IMG/VR virus record: IMGVR_UViG_3300037067_008064
Location: 128,001 to 192,000 of that record
Strand: one strand, 5' to 3'
Length of the DNA: 64,000 nt
From: a virus
Lineage: Duplodnaviria > Heunggongvirae > Uroviricota > Caudoviricetes
The position numbers and the translations under genes are program-made. Within the stretch, counting starts at the first letter, position 1, and each line of letters begins with the position of its first letter. The notes under the pieces were generated by a model. It did no database searches. It was not told where the DNA came from and was given only the letters and a program-made list of their open reading frames with translations. Below, piece after piece: positions 39,057-49,215 of this stretch.

Positions 39057-39560
39057 TTATTTTACTAACCTTTTACTAGTTTTTCTAATATCTTGATATG
39101 ATTCTACTTTTCTTAAATTATTTTTTCTATCATCTTCAGCTCTTTGATTTAACATTGCTGTTGGAATAATATCACCTGGATTAATTTCGTGTTTTGTATT
39201 AATTACCCATTCACGTGCTTCTTTTTTCGATTTAAATCCGGATTTATAATCTACTATTTCATCTGGTGCTCCAACTCCTGGGCTACCATAAAATAAAACG
39301 GTCCAATCATCTACTTCTTCGTAACGTTCTGTAAGTGATTCACTCATACTACTCATATTAACAGAAATCCAATCTGGTAAATAGTCAAATTCTTTAAACA
39401 AATATTTTTCTGCTTCATCCCAATCATCTGTTGCAGATAATAAATAATTCATACGTGTATCTTCATCTGCAGAATCCCACATTTCTTTGGTTACGTAATG
39501 AATATCACCATATTCATTTAAAACTTCTTCTAAACTTTCTTTAACTAATTTATTTTTCAT
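39057..39560 (-). CDS. Multi-module hypothetical protein (start revised to MKNKLVKESL)
   Basis: Leader KLVKESLEEVLNE; linker MSESLTE. Confidence 0.6.
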   Translation of the reverse strand: MKNKLVKESLEEVLNEYGDIHYVTKEMWDSADEDTRMNYLLSATDDWDEAEKYLFKEFDYLPDWISVNMSSMSESLTERYEEVDDWTVLFYGSPGVGAPDEIVDYKSGFKSKKEAREWVINTKHEINPGDIIPTAMLNQRAEDDRKNNLRKVESYQDIRKTSKRLVK

Positions 39561-39570
39561 ATTAAAAATA

Positions 39571-40680
39571 TTATTTTTTACCAGCTGTTGCCATTTTTTG
39601 AAATTTGTTTTTTCCATATTTTTCACGGCCTATATATGCAGCTAATGCTTCTGGATCTTTAGCACCTTTTTTCTTTAAATTTTTATCAAGTTTTTTAAAC
39701 CTTGCACCGGTTCCAAGCTTTGCTTTTTCATTAAGCTTAGCATCTTCACCAACAACATATTCAGCAAAACCACGGAAGGTAGCATTTTCTGGAGCATAAA
39801 AATAAAAAGTTTCTTCTTCAGCATTATTTTCAAAAAATTCTGTTAACGCATCAATTTTTTCTTCCTTTGATAAATTTACATCATCTAAGATATCATAATA
39901 TTCATCTTGAAGTTCAACATCATCAGGCATGTATTTATCTATTTTATAATATACTTCACCATAATCACCTTCTTCTGGGTGTTCATCTTCAAGATTTTCT
40001 TGTTCATCTCTTGTTTTTTCAAAATCTTCTTCTGTTGATTCATCACCATGCCAATCTATTCCTTTATGTTTTGGTATTTTTTCAAAATCTTCCTCTGTTG
40101 ATTCTTCACCAGTAAAATTTTCTTCGTTTACTTTATTAGACTTTTTTTTTATAATTAACTTTGTTTTTGGTTTGGAACTTTCATTTAATTCAAATCTAAT
40201 TTCTTCAAAAAATTTATTAGCAACTTCATTAAATGATTCTCTGATTATCATATCAATCATATCAACAGTAAGAATTTCATTAATTGATGATACTTTAATT
40301 TGTTCATACATTTCGTCAAGTATATCATATATCTTCCATTTCATATTATGCCCATTAATATTTTCATATAATGCAGCTTTAACTTTATTTTTAAGAAAAT
40401 TCTTTTTTTGTAAAACAGTTGAATGTTCATTTATCATAACTGATTTATTTTGAATAAATTTTTCACCATCTTTTGTTATACCACTTCCTTCATTCCAGTA
40501 TTTATTTAGTTCAAACAAAAATGAATCACGAGCAGATCTTCCTAAATTATTGTAAGATACACAATTATATTTTTCTAGTAACCCGCTATATACATTTTTA
40601 AAATCTAATAAAACTTTAGATTCGTTTGATTCAAAAGCTTTTGTTTGTTTTTCTTTATATACATCATTGAATTTTCTCAT
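39571..40680 (-). CDS. Multi-module protein, probable internal head protein (start revised to MRKFND)
   Basis: Late promoter at 40703; LNE/VNE linkers; internal GxESTEEDFEK duplication; basic C-terminal module. Confidence 0.6.
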   Translation of the reverse strand: MRKFNDVYKEKQTKAFESNESKVLLDFKNVYSGLLEKYNCVSYNNLGRSARDSFLFELNKYWNEGSGITKDGEKFIQNKSVMINEHSTVLQKKNFLKNKVKAALYENINGHNMKWKIYDILDEMYEQIKVSSINEILTVDMIDMIIRESFNEVANKFFEEIRFELNESSKPKTKLIIKKKSNKVNEENFTGEESTEEDFEKIPKHKGIDWHGDESTEEDFEKTRDEQENLEDEHPEEGDYGEVYYKIDKYMPDDVELQDEYYDILDDVNLSKEEKIDALTEFFENNAEEETFYFYAPENATFRGFAEYVVGEDAKLNEKAKLGTGARFKKLDKNLKKKGAKDPEALAAYIGREKYGKNKFQKMATAGKK

Positions 40681-40816
40681 GTCTGTAAATTTAGTTATTT
40701 TATTTATATATTCATTTTTCTTTTTCACCAATACATATTCATATTTTAACAAAACTTTAACATGAAATGAAATTTGTGGCATCATATTTTCATGTATATA
40801 TAATAAAACAACTATT

Positions 40817-41584
40817 ATGAAAAACTTATTTTTTAAATTATTAAGTATTATTTTAATTTCATTTGCATGTACAACAACAAATAATCTTCCTTATGACGAA
40901 GTATATAACAAACAAAATATTGATACCACAAATACGCAAACTGTAATTAATAATTATACAACAGAAAATTATTATGATGTACAAGACTATAATCCATATT
41001 ATTCTGATTGGGATTGGAATTATTATTACTTCTATAATAATAGGTTGTATTTTTATTCTCCTTATTATAATTATTGGGGATATGATTTAAATTACTATGG
41101 TTGGTATTACCCATATTACTATGGATATTATCCACATTATTATGAAAATAATTATTGGTATTGGAATTCTAATTACTCATATTATATGAATAATGATAAT
41201 TACTATTATGGGCCAAGGCATTCATATAATCCAGATTTAAAACCAATTAAACCAATTAATGAAAAACCAACAAGAATTAATCCAACATATCCAAAACCTT
41301 ATACTGCTAAAACAAATGCACCAAAGTATAATTCAGGTACAACACAAAAATATAATTTAAATACAACAACTAGACAGACTAAGGTTGAACCAACTAAAAC
41401 TAGAATAATTCCTTTAGATTCACGTCAGTCTAATGCACCAAAGTATAACTCAACCACAAAACCCCAAAATTATTATAGACCAAATAATTATAATACATCA
41501 CCAAAAAGTTATAGTGCACCATCTACAAAATCAAATGGTGCACCATCAAATAATAGTGCACCATCTAGAAGTAGTAGAAAATAG
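40817..41584 (+). CDS. Bacteroidota-style lipoprotein, Tyr/Asn-rich low complexity
   Basis: Lipobox ISFA-C; YYxYxPYY region; P/S/N-rich tail; late motif at about 40796-40804. Confidence 0.75.
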   Translation: MKNLFFKLLSIILISFACTTTNNLPYDEVYNKQNIDTTNTQTVINNYTTENYYDVQDYNPYYSDWDWNYYYFYNNRLYFYSPYYNYWGYDLNYYGWYYPYYYGYYPHYYENNYWYWNSNYSYYMNNDNYYYGPRHSYNPDLKPIKPINEKPTRINPTYPKPYTAKTNAPKYNSGTTQKYNLNTTTRQTKVEPTKTRIIPLDSRQSNAPKYNSTTKPQNYYRPNNYNTSPKSYSAPSTKSNGAPSNNSAPSRSSRK

Positions 41585-41585
41585 T

Positions 41586-42572
41586 TTATATTTTATTTTT
41601 ATAAGGAAACATTCCATGACCACATTTTGGACACGTTAATTCATATCCAATATGACCACATTTATTACATTGATATTTTCTTTTGTATATTTTATTTTTT
41701 TTAGAATTTAATTCATCATAATTTAAACTATCTTTATCTAATTCAAACAAAGATGACATTATAATTTCATTTTTATTATCAAGAACAGATTCTCTTCTGT
41801 GTTTTTTAATAAATTTAGACATTTCTTTTTCTTTGCCACCTAATTCTTTTTTAAGTACATTAAACTTCCCTTTATTTGGTTCAATTTTATTTAAAAAAGT
41901 TCTGATATTTTTTTCTGTCTTTTTTTCAGAAGTAGTTGATTTCTTTTTTCTAAGTAATAATTTTTTAGCTATATTTAACTTATTTAATTCTTTGGTTGTC
42001 GGTGCTTTAGTTGGGTCTTCTTCTCCCGTTTCTAAATCATAACCCATGTTACCTAATAAATCTTGTTTTGCTTTTATATTAGTACTGATAAATTTTCTTT
42101 CATTATAATCATATTTATCGACTGTTGATTTGGTTTGTGATTTATAATCTTTAGCCGGTGGGGGAGTTGTATATCCACCTGCATAACGAGGACTTCTATT
42201 AAATTCCCTTTCTCTTTTAATTCTATCTTCTAAATTATCTTCATCTAAATCAAATTTATATTTACCTGGGTATTTAACATATTCTTCAAGTGAAGGCATT
42301 TCAAGAGATTCATTAGTATTTTGTTCTGATTCTGCTAATTCAGACATTATTTCTTGTATAATAAATTCCTTATTTTCATCATAAAAACCTTGTGTAAATT
42401 TTTCTGAAAATCTTGTATACATATTATCATAAATTTCAGGAAAGTGTTCATTAATAAACCTATCCATATCTACCATTTTATGTGTAGGTTTATTATTTTC
42501 ATAATTATATTCTTTAAAAACTATAATTACAGCCTCAATTATTTCAAATAAAAATTCAGATACTTTACCCAT
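41586..42572 (-). CDS. Multi-module protein with C-terminal zinc ribbon
   Basis: CNKCG...CPKCG; TNESLE linker; late promoter at 42587. Confidence 0.6.
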   Translation of the reverse strand: MGKVSEFLFEIIEAVIIVFKEYNYENNKPTHKMVDMDRFINEHFPEIYDNMYTRFSEKFTQGFYDENKEFIIQEIMSELAESEQNTNESLEMPSLEEYVKYPGKYKFDLDEDNLEDRIKREREFNRSPRYAGGYTTPPPAKDYKSQTKSTVDKYDYNERKFISTNIKAKQDLLGNMGYDLETGEEDPTKAPTTKELNKLNIAKKLLLRKKKSTTSEKKTEKNIRTFLNKIEPNKGKFNVLKKELGGKEKEMSKFIKKHRRESVLDNKNEIIMSSLFELDKDSLNYDELNSKKNKIYKRKYQCNKCGHIGYELTCPKCGHGMFPYKNKI

Positions 42573-42611
42573 ATTATTAACTTTTATTTATATATTCATT
42601 TTCTATTGTGA

Positions 42612-42694
42612 ATATATAAATATAGTAGTTAGTTTATATTGATACTATAAACAACATTGGATAAGTAAATGCTGTCCTACTATAATTTATATAT
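42612..42694. promoter_or_regulatory. Symmetric convergent late-promoter cassette, candidate antisense sRNA
   Basis: Inverted repeat atatataaa(t)tatagtag at both ends; internal hairpin gtttata/tataaac. Confidence 0.5.
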
Positions 42695-42716
42695 CTTAAA
42701 ATAATGGATAAGAATC

Positions 42717-43346
42717 ATGAAACAATTTCATTGTGTATATTTAACAACCAACTTAATTAATGGAAAACAATATGTGGGTGATCATTCGACTGATGATTTA
42801 AATGATGGGTATTTAGGAAGTGGAAAATATTTAGTAAAAGCATTTTTTAAATATGGTAAATCAAATTTTAAAAAAGAAATTTTAGAACAATTTAATACTA
42901 AAGAAGAAGCTTTCATTGCACAAGAAAAATATATTCAGCAACATAATACATTAAATCCAAATGGATATAATTTAAGTCCAAAGGGTGGTCTTAGAGTTAT
43001 GGGATGTTTTTCTAAAGAAATACTTAAAAGAAAAAATGAAAGTTTAAGAGGATATAAACATACTATGGAATCTAGAAATAATATGAGTAATGGAAAAAAG
43101 AAACTATATTCTAATAAAATTAATCATCCAAGAACTAAAATATTTATTATTCATAATCCCAAAAATGAAAAAATATTATGTGTAGGAACATTTAGAATAT
43201 TTAGAGATAAAAATAGAGCTAATTATAATAAATATTTTAAAGAAATTATTAAAAATGATAAACCTATTAATGGGTGGTATTTTAAAGAATTTAAAAAAAT
43301 AGAAGATATTTCAAATATTAATGAATATAAATTATTTAAAGCTTAA
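42717..43346 (+). CDS. GIY-YIG homing endonuclease (opposite strand)
   Basis: CVYLTTNLINGKQYVGDH...YLGSG...GYNLSPKGG. Confidence 0.92.
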   Translation: MKQFHCVYLTTNLINGKQYVGDHSTDDLNDGYLGSGKYLVKAFFKYGKSNFKKEILEQFNTKEEAFIAQEKYIQQHNTLNPNGYNLSPKGGLRVMGCFSKEILKRKNESLRGYKHTMESRNNMSNGKKKLYSNKINHPRTKIFIIHNPKNEKILCVGTFRIFRDKNRANYNKYFKEIIKNDKPINGWYFKEFKKIEDISNINEYKLFKA

Positions 43347-44877
43347 CACGAAAGCGTTTATATGGGAATTTCTTTTCATTATAAATTCTTTGTCTTTCGT
43401 CTGCATGCCTTATCAAATAATTCTTTTTTTGATATTGATTATTTCCATAAACAAAATTATCTGAAAAATCTAATACAGTTACAAAAGCTTTACCATCTTT
43501 AAGACGCATAGGTCTTCCTAAAATTTGTCTAACAATATATTCTGATTTATTACTTTCAACAACAAATACATTATGTATATTTTCAATATCAATACCTTCT
43601 GAAAATGTGCCTACCGATGCAATTAATATAACATTTTCATCTTGTTCCATTCTTTCTTTATAATAATCTCTATTATCTATTTTAACACCACCATCTATAT
43701 AATATGCAGATTTTTCTGTATTTTCTCTTAGCCAATTATAAATATTTTTTCCATATTCATATTTAATATCTGAAAACAAAACTAAAGAATTTTTAGTTGT
43801 ATTTTTAATAGTGTCACAAATATAAAGAAGTCTTTTTCTATTTTCACGAGCAATTTGTTTTTCAAGATTTAAAAGTTTAACTCCATCTTGATCTTCAGTT
43901 TTATTACACCTTAATTCATATAATTTCTTTTTAAGGTCAATATCTAAATAATCTAATTCTATACCTATTACTTTAACAGGTGTTCCCTTTCCATCACTTA
44001 TTAATTCATTAGATGTATACGTATAAATATGTGCTCCTAAATAAGCTTGAATAACAAAAGAAGAATGTGGTTTTAATGACGGATTTGGCAAACTACCAGT
44101 AATACCAATCTTATATTTAGCATTAATACACTTCAAAAGAATGGTTTTAATAGAATAACATTGTGCATGATGTACTTCATCAACAATTACTAAATCAAAG
44201 TCTTTATAAAATTCTGCATCTAATTTAGTTAGTGTTTGATAGGTTCCAAATAACACACTTACTTTATCTAAATCATTTTTTTTAACACCAGAAAATAAAG
44301 ATCTTGATACCCAATCTGGTTTATGATTAGTTTTGTCTTCATACAAATAAAACTTTTCTTCAGTTTGTCCTACTAAATCAATTCTTGGAACTATTATTAA
44401 TGCTTTTTTAATAAGCTTTTTTTCCCAAAGATATTTAAATATCATATAAGCCATAACAGTTTTACCACCAGAAGTTGAAATTTCTTCAACACAATTACCA
44501 AATTTAAGTGCTCTTCTCGCTCCTTCCCTTTGAAAATCATAAGGATAGAAATTTTCTTTATTTGGAAAATGTTCATTTAACCAATTAATATAATCATCTT
44601 CAACAAATTCTTTATTATATAATTTTTCAATATTATTTATATGTAATTGAAAATTATATTTTTCACACAATAATTGAACTTCATGCCATAATCCAAGAGG
44701 AACACGATTATATTGATCTATAAATTTTTCTTCTGGATTTAAATACGGCCTCTTCTTTTTTATAATATACCAATCATCCCATTTTTTTGTAAATGAAAAT
44801 TGAAGCTGTTCATACTCTATAGCAGTTGAATCAACTAACACCAAAAATTTACCATCATCTGTTATATTAAAAACCAT
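43336..44877 (-). CDS. uvsW: UvsW-like SF2 DNA helicase
   Basis: STSGGKT, DEVH, TGS, FSEGID, QILGRPMR. Confidence 0.92.
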   Translation of the reverse strand: MVFNITDDGKFLVLVDSTAIEYEQLQFSFTKKWDDWYIIKKKRPYLNPEEKFIDQYNRVPLGLWHEVQLLCEKYNFQLHINNIEKLYNKEFVEDDYINWLNEHFPNKENFYPYDFQREGARRALKFGNCVEEISTSGGKTVMAYMIFKYLWEKKLIKKALIIVPRIDLVGQTEEKFYLYEDKTNHKPDWVSRSLFSGVKKNDLDKVSVLFGTYQTLTKLDAEFYKDFDLVIVDEVHHAQCYSIKTILLKCINAKYKIGITGSLPNPSLKPHSSFVIQAYLGAHIYTYTSNELISDGKGTPVKVIGIELDYLDIDLKKKLYELRCNKTEDQDGVKLLNLEKQIARENRKRLLYICDTIKNTTKNSLVLFSDIKYEYGKNIYNWLRENTEKSAYYIDGGVKIDNRDYYKERMEQDENVILIASVGTFSEGIDIENIHNVFVVESNKSEYIVRQILGRPMRLKDGKAFVTVLDFSDNFVYGNNQYQKKNYLIRHADERQRIYNEKKFPYKRFRVKL

Positions 44878-45089
44878 TATTTTTCTGATAATTTTATATC
44901 AAAGAATATATCTTCTAAGGTTTTTGAATAAGGTTTTTCACCGTTTTCATCATAATATAATCTTTCATATTTTCTAGGGTTTATTTTTTTCTGTATAAAG
45001 AAATGCATTTGTTTATTTCCTTTTACAAAAGGTAATTCTTCTTTTACTATATTTAATAATTCTTGATATGTTTGATTCGATTTTTCCAT
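44877..45089 (-). CDS. Hypothetical protein
   Basis: Packed ORF. Confidence 0.55.
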   Translation of the reverse strand: MEKSNQTYQELLNIVKEELPFVKGNKQMHFFIQKKINPRKYERLYYDENGEKPYSKTLEDIFFDIKLSEK

Positions 45090-45104
45090 TCACTGTTAAT
45101 TATT

Positions 45105-45602
45105 TTATTTTCCTCTACTTATTTGTTCAATTTCTATTCTTCTAGTTATTGCCCATATAAGACCATCAATACTTTTAATAGTATTTTCGATAAATTTAGA
45201 ATGTACTTCTAATAAATCTTTTTTCTCAACAATTTCTTCTATGTCTGTTAAAATCTTTTGTGTTTTTAAATTTTCATTAGGGAATCTTTGTTGAGATTGA
45301 TATGTATAATATTCATATCTTAACATGTATTCTTTTCTATATTTTTTATTAATATCAATTAATAAAGAAATAAGATAATGATAAAATTCAACAGCTCTCT
45401 GTCTTTCCGTATATATTTCTAATAAAAGAGTTTGAACAGTTTCCATATTATTCAATTTTTTATTCATATCATTTATTTTAACAGACCAATCAGTTCTTTC
45501 TTTTTGGAAACGTTTACTTAAACTATTTGGTTCATCTGTTTTCTTTAAGCTCAAATCATCATCTAAACTTGCAATAATGTTAGAATAATCCTGTGGATCC
45601 AT
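45105..45602 (-). CDS. uvsY: UvsY-like recombination mediator
   Basis: Helical, with YEYY and a C-terminal IKSIDGLIWAITRRIE; near uvsW as in T4. Confidence 0.55.
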   Translation of the reverse strand: MDPQDYSNIIASLDDDLSLKKTDEPNSLSKRFQKERTDWSVKINDMNKKLNNMETVQTLLLEIYTERQRAVEFYHYLISLLIDINKKYRKEYMLRYEYYTYQSQQRFPNENLKTQKILTDIEEIVEKKDLLEVHSKFIENTIKSIDGLIWAITRRIEIEQISRGK

Positions 45603-45741
45603 CTCTTTTATTCCTTTTATTCTTTTTAATTTTTATATCACTAGTTTTAGTATTTGTTTTAATATCAATATTTAAATCAACAATAGGAAAATCTTCCTGT
45701 TCATTAAATTTAAAATTTATTGCCGGGCTTAACTTATTCAT
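45580..45741 (-). CDS. Small hypothetical protein (53 aa, not in ORF track)
   Basis: MNKLSPAINFKFNEQEDFPIVDLNIDIK...DGSTGLF; late motif at 45743-45751. Confidence 0.5.
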   Translation of the reverse strand: MNKLSPAINFKFNEQEDFPIVDLNIDIKTNTKTSDIKIKKNKRNKRDGSTGLF

Positions 45742-45742
45742 A

Positions 45743-46852
45743 TTATATATCAATTGAATCTAAAGGATCATCACTAAAATAATTATCAAATCTTGTTAAT
45801 TTAACATCATTTTTTTTGGCCCATATTATTGTATCATTTAAATCTAATTTAACTCTATTGAATGTTATATTATTATCTAATTTAAATTTTGTCCATAAGA
45901 AAACAGGTTTTCCCTCATCTATATATTTTAAAGATTTTTCTCTTCCTGTAGCATCGTCATCAAAAAAATATCTTAAAGGTAAATCAAATGGAAAATGTTT
46001 TTGAGCCCCTGCATTTCCAACTGAATTATGAAAAAGAAAAGCATCCATAGGTCCTTCAAATAAGGTTATTGGTCTATTAATATTAATAAAACAAATATTA
46101 AATAAACCTGATAAAATATCTAGTTCTTCTGGAATTTTTATATCTTTATTTCCTATTAATTCATATAAAAATGTTAATGTATGTGTTCTAAACCTGTCAT
46201 TTGATTTAATAAATAATCTTTTTTGTGCACCTATTATATCACCATTTTTATTAAGGTTTAAAATTAATAGATAATTTTCATTTTCTGAATATAAAAATTT
46301 ACTTTCATCAAATTGAAGTCTACCAATTAAATATTTCCATATTTTAGAATTTTTAACTTCAATAAGATGAAGTTTTTCTTTCAAAATTTCTCTGTTAATA
46401 GCAAACTTATTTATTAATTCATCATTAAGAAGTATTGAAATATTATAATTGGAATTATCAATATGCCAAAAATTTTCAATATTGTTTGAAATATAATTAA
46501 CTACTCCTAAATCTAATACTGTATTAAAATCTTTAAAGAAAATATCTACTCTTTTATATTCACCACAATTATGACATTTAAAATGATTTTTGTGTTTACC
46601 AGATAAAATAATGTTGCCCCTTTTTTTATGATCATCATGTGTACTATCCATACAATATGGACATGCAAAATTTATCCTATCCCTAAACTTACGAATGTTT
46701 TGTTTGGCATAAGAATTTATAAAAACATTAGATAAAATAGGTTGTAATAACGAAATTATTGTATTAACATATTCTTCATCACTTGGTATATTATCTATAT
46801 CTTTAAAATCAAAAATATTTTCAAAATCAATATCTGTATTTTTAATTTCCAT
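45743..46852 (-). CDS. DNA primase (gp61-like)
   Basis: NFACPYCMDS...KRG...CHNCG zinc finger; FEGPMDA; FFDDD; DLND. Confidence 0.92.
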   Translation of the reverse strand: MEIKNTDIDFENIFDFKDIDNIPSDEEYVNTIISLLQPILSNVFINSYAKQNIRKFRDRINFACPYCMDSTHDDHKKRGNIILSGKHKNHFKCHNCGEYKRVDIFFKDFNTVLDLGVVNYISNNIENFWHIDNSNYNISILLNDELINKFAINREILKEKLHLIEVKNSKIWKYLIGRLQFDESKFLYSENENYLLILNLNKNGDIIGAQKRLFIKSNDRFRTHTLTFLYELIGNKDIKIPEELDILSGLFNICFININRPITLFEGPMDAFLFHNSVGNAGAQKHFPFDLPLRYFFDDDATGREKSLKYIDEGKPVFLWTKFKLDNNITFNRVKLDLNDTIIWAKKNDVKLTRFDNYFSDDPLDSIDI

Positions 46853-46865
46853 AATTCTAAATATA

Positions 46866-46901
46866 AAATTGAGAGAGGGTAAAAATATCCTCTCTCAATT
46901 T
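46866..46901. terminator. Intrinsic terminator after the SSB gene
   Basis: aaattgagagagg / cctctctcaattt. Confidence 0.8.
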
Positions 46902-46917
46902 ACATTATAAGTTAATA

Positions 46918-47937
46918 TTATATACCAGCTAAGGCGTCGGTTAAATCACCAGCAATTCCAATACCTAAATTTTCATTTAGTTCTGGTAAATCTAATGGTG
47001 GCAATTCAGTTGAAATATTTGATACTTCATCTAAAGCATCAATATTTATTTCACTGGTAGTAATACCAGTATTTACTGGTTTTAAAGGTGCTGAAGCGAG
47101 TTCAGCTGGTTGTGATGTTTGATTAATATTATTTAATACACCCGAAAAATTAGTTAACCCAGACGCTTGTCCTGTGACAGCAACAATAACTTGATTAACA
47201 TAATCTACAGTTTCTTGATCCCATTCTTTATATCCATATTTTTTCAAATCTGGCGAATTTTCTTTTAAGAAATTAAATACAACTTCTTTTGGAGTTGATG
47301 TATTAATAGGAATTAATTTTCCTGATTCATCTGGAATACATAATGGAATAACTTTATCCAAAAATTTGGATTGATCATAGTTATTAAACCCAGCAACTTC
47401 TGTAATAACAAGAGCAAATAATTTTCCTGTTAATAAATTAAATGGATTATGAGCTTCACCAACTATTGGTTTTTGTTCGGCTTCAATTTTTTCCCATACT
47501 TTCTTTCCAAATTTCCATGCAAGGATTTTTCCTACTGCATCAGGATTATGGTCATCTTTTATAACCTGAACCAATGCAGTATAATTATGCCTTCTACTAA
47601 AAACATCTGCCAACTTTTGTTTTTGTACAGATTCACTTTTCTTTAATTTCCAGTATATATCTTGTAATGGTGATGGTTTACCAATAGATGAAGGGCAATC
47701 AATATATCTTCCCTTTTGTGTAACGGGGTCAATAAGGAATGATACCCATTTTTCTGATACTGATTTACTTGGACTTTCCCACCAAGTTACAAATCTAATT
47801 ACGGATTTATAAACTTTGTTTTGGCCTTTTTCGGCAGAGGGTGAGTACTCTTCTTTACTTGTAGGTGCGGAACCTACTTCGATGGTAGGATTAAATAAAG
47901 CATCGAAGTCATTTAAGTTTGTTTGATTTTCAGACAT
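46918..47937 (-). CDS. Single-stranded DNA-binding protein (gp32-like)
   Basis: SVIRF, CPSSIG, WKFGKKVWEKI, NPFNLLTG, NNYDQSKF, acidic tail. Confidence 0.88.
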   Translation of the reverse strand: MSENQTNLNDFDALFNPTIEVGSAPTSKEEYSPSAEKGQNKVYKSVIRFVTWWESPSKSVSEKWVSFLIDPVTQKGRYIDCPSSIGKPSPLQDIYWKLKKSESVQKQKLADVFSRRHNYTALVQVIKDDHNPDAVGKILAWKFGKKVWEKIEAEQKPIVGEAHNPFNLLTGKLFALVITEVAGFNNYDQSKFLDKVIPLCIPDESGKLIPINTSTPKEVVFNFLKENSPDLKKYGYKEWDQETVDYVNQVIVAVTGQASGLTNFSGVLNNINQTSQPAELASAPLKPVNTGITTSEINIDALDEVSNISTELPPLDLPELNENLGIGIAGDLTDALAGI

Positions 47938-48016
47938 TTTTTTAAATTATTTTAGTTATTAGTTTTTAAGAATTTTAGGTACCTATTAGATTCTTGTATA
48001 TTTATATATTCACCAA

Positions 48017-48409
48017 TTATTGAAAAGTTTTAACTTTTAAAAATATTTCTGAATAATCATAACTTATTATGCCGCTTTTATCTGGATGCGGGTCATGAAC
48101 AATTTTACCATTATATCCGATAACTGCATGTTTAATTTTACTATCTCTCGGAGATATACCAGATACAATATAGTAATCATTTTCATCAGGATATGTATAA
48201 TCAACTAATCCTTCAACCGAATAAAGTGTATATCCATATTCACCCAAGAATTGTAATAAGCTTTTAATTCTTTGTCTTGGTTCTTGTATCATAAAATGTG
48301 GAACATCTTCTATATTAAGTTCTAAAATACTTGCTATACAAGCTCTATAACAATCACCTATTTTATTATTTGATGGGTCATGAAGAATTAGTTGATCTAC
48401 TGGTTTCAT
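48017..48409 (-). CDS. Papain-fold (C39-like) peptidase domain protein
   Basis: GDCYRACIASIL...HAVI...HDPHP. Confidence 0.6.
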   Translation of the reverse strand: MKPVDQLILHDPSNNKIGDCYRACIASILELNIEDVPHFMIQEPRQRIKSLLQFLGEYGYTLYSVEGLVDYTYPDENDYYIVSGISPRDSKIKHAVIGYNGKIVHDPHPDKSGIISYDYSEIFLKVKTFQ

Positions 48410-48414
48410 TTTAA

Positions 48415-49176
48415 TTAGTTTTTATTACCACACTTAGGACAATAATTTTCTCCCTTTTTAATTCCTCTACCACAATATGTACAATATCCTAATTGAATTT
48501 CTTTACTAGTATATACTTTTTGTGATATAGGTAATATTTTATATGAAACAAAATAAGAATAATAAGATTCAAAAGTTTTGTTTACAGATTCAAATTCTTG
48601 ATTAGAAAAATCACCTTTTTCTGATCTACCAGTTTCAATAGAACGAGTATTATTACAATTACACGAAAAAGTATTTCCTCCTAATGTAGTTCCTCCTAAG
48701 TTATCATAACAAATATTTTTATTATCATAATTATAATCATAATTATAATTAGATGGCCACACAGTATGTGTGAATTTATATGGAATAACTTCTTTATAGA
48801 ATTCTATTTCAACATCACCATTTTTTTCAATAGCCTTTTTGTTTTGTTGTGTATCATCTACTTGGTAGGTAGAAAATTTAAATTTTCTATTTTCATCTAA
48901 ATATCTTTCTAACCAAACTCTTTCACCCGGTCTTAATACTATACCAGCGTTGGAAATATATTTTCCATCTAATTTAATTTTTGCTAGATATTCAATTGTG
49001 GTTGGATTATAAAGTTCTATTTCATACTCTATTCCATCATTCAAGTATATGAAAAAATTATCATACACTCTTAATAATTGTTTTTTTACTGCTAATTTGG
49101 CACTTGGAATTTGATATTCTGCCGTTAAATTTTGACCCGTATAAGTCCAAGGGTCACCTGTTGATGTTTTGATCAT
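48415..49176 (-). CDS. Hypothetical protein with C-terminal zinc ribbon
   Basis: EYEIELYNP...LRPGERVWLERYLD; CTYCG...CPKCG. Confidence 0.7.
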   Translation of the reverse strand: MIKTSTGDPWTYTGQNLTAEYQIPSAKLAVKKQLLRVYDNFFIYLNDGIEYEIELYNPTTIEYLAKIKLDGKYISNAGIVLRPGERVWLERYLDENRKFKFSTYQVDDTQQNKKAIEKNGDVEIEFYKEVIPYKFTHTVWPSNYNYDYNYDNKNICYDNLGGTTLGGNTFSCNCNNTRSIETGRSEKGDFSNQEFESVNKTFESYYSYFVSYKILPISQKVYTSKEIQLGYCTYCGRGIKKGENYCPKCGNKN

Positions 49177-49215
49177 AATTAAACCTCCTATGATTTATTT
49201 TATTAGTTAATCATT

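Noticed and set aside
48715-48750. Short ATTATA/ATCATA repeats
   Set aside because: They encode a low-complexity NYNYDYNYD linker inside a CDS and are expected at this AT content
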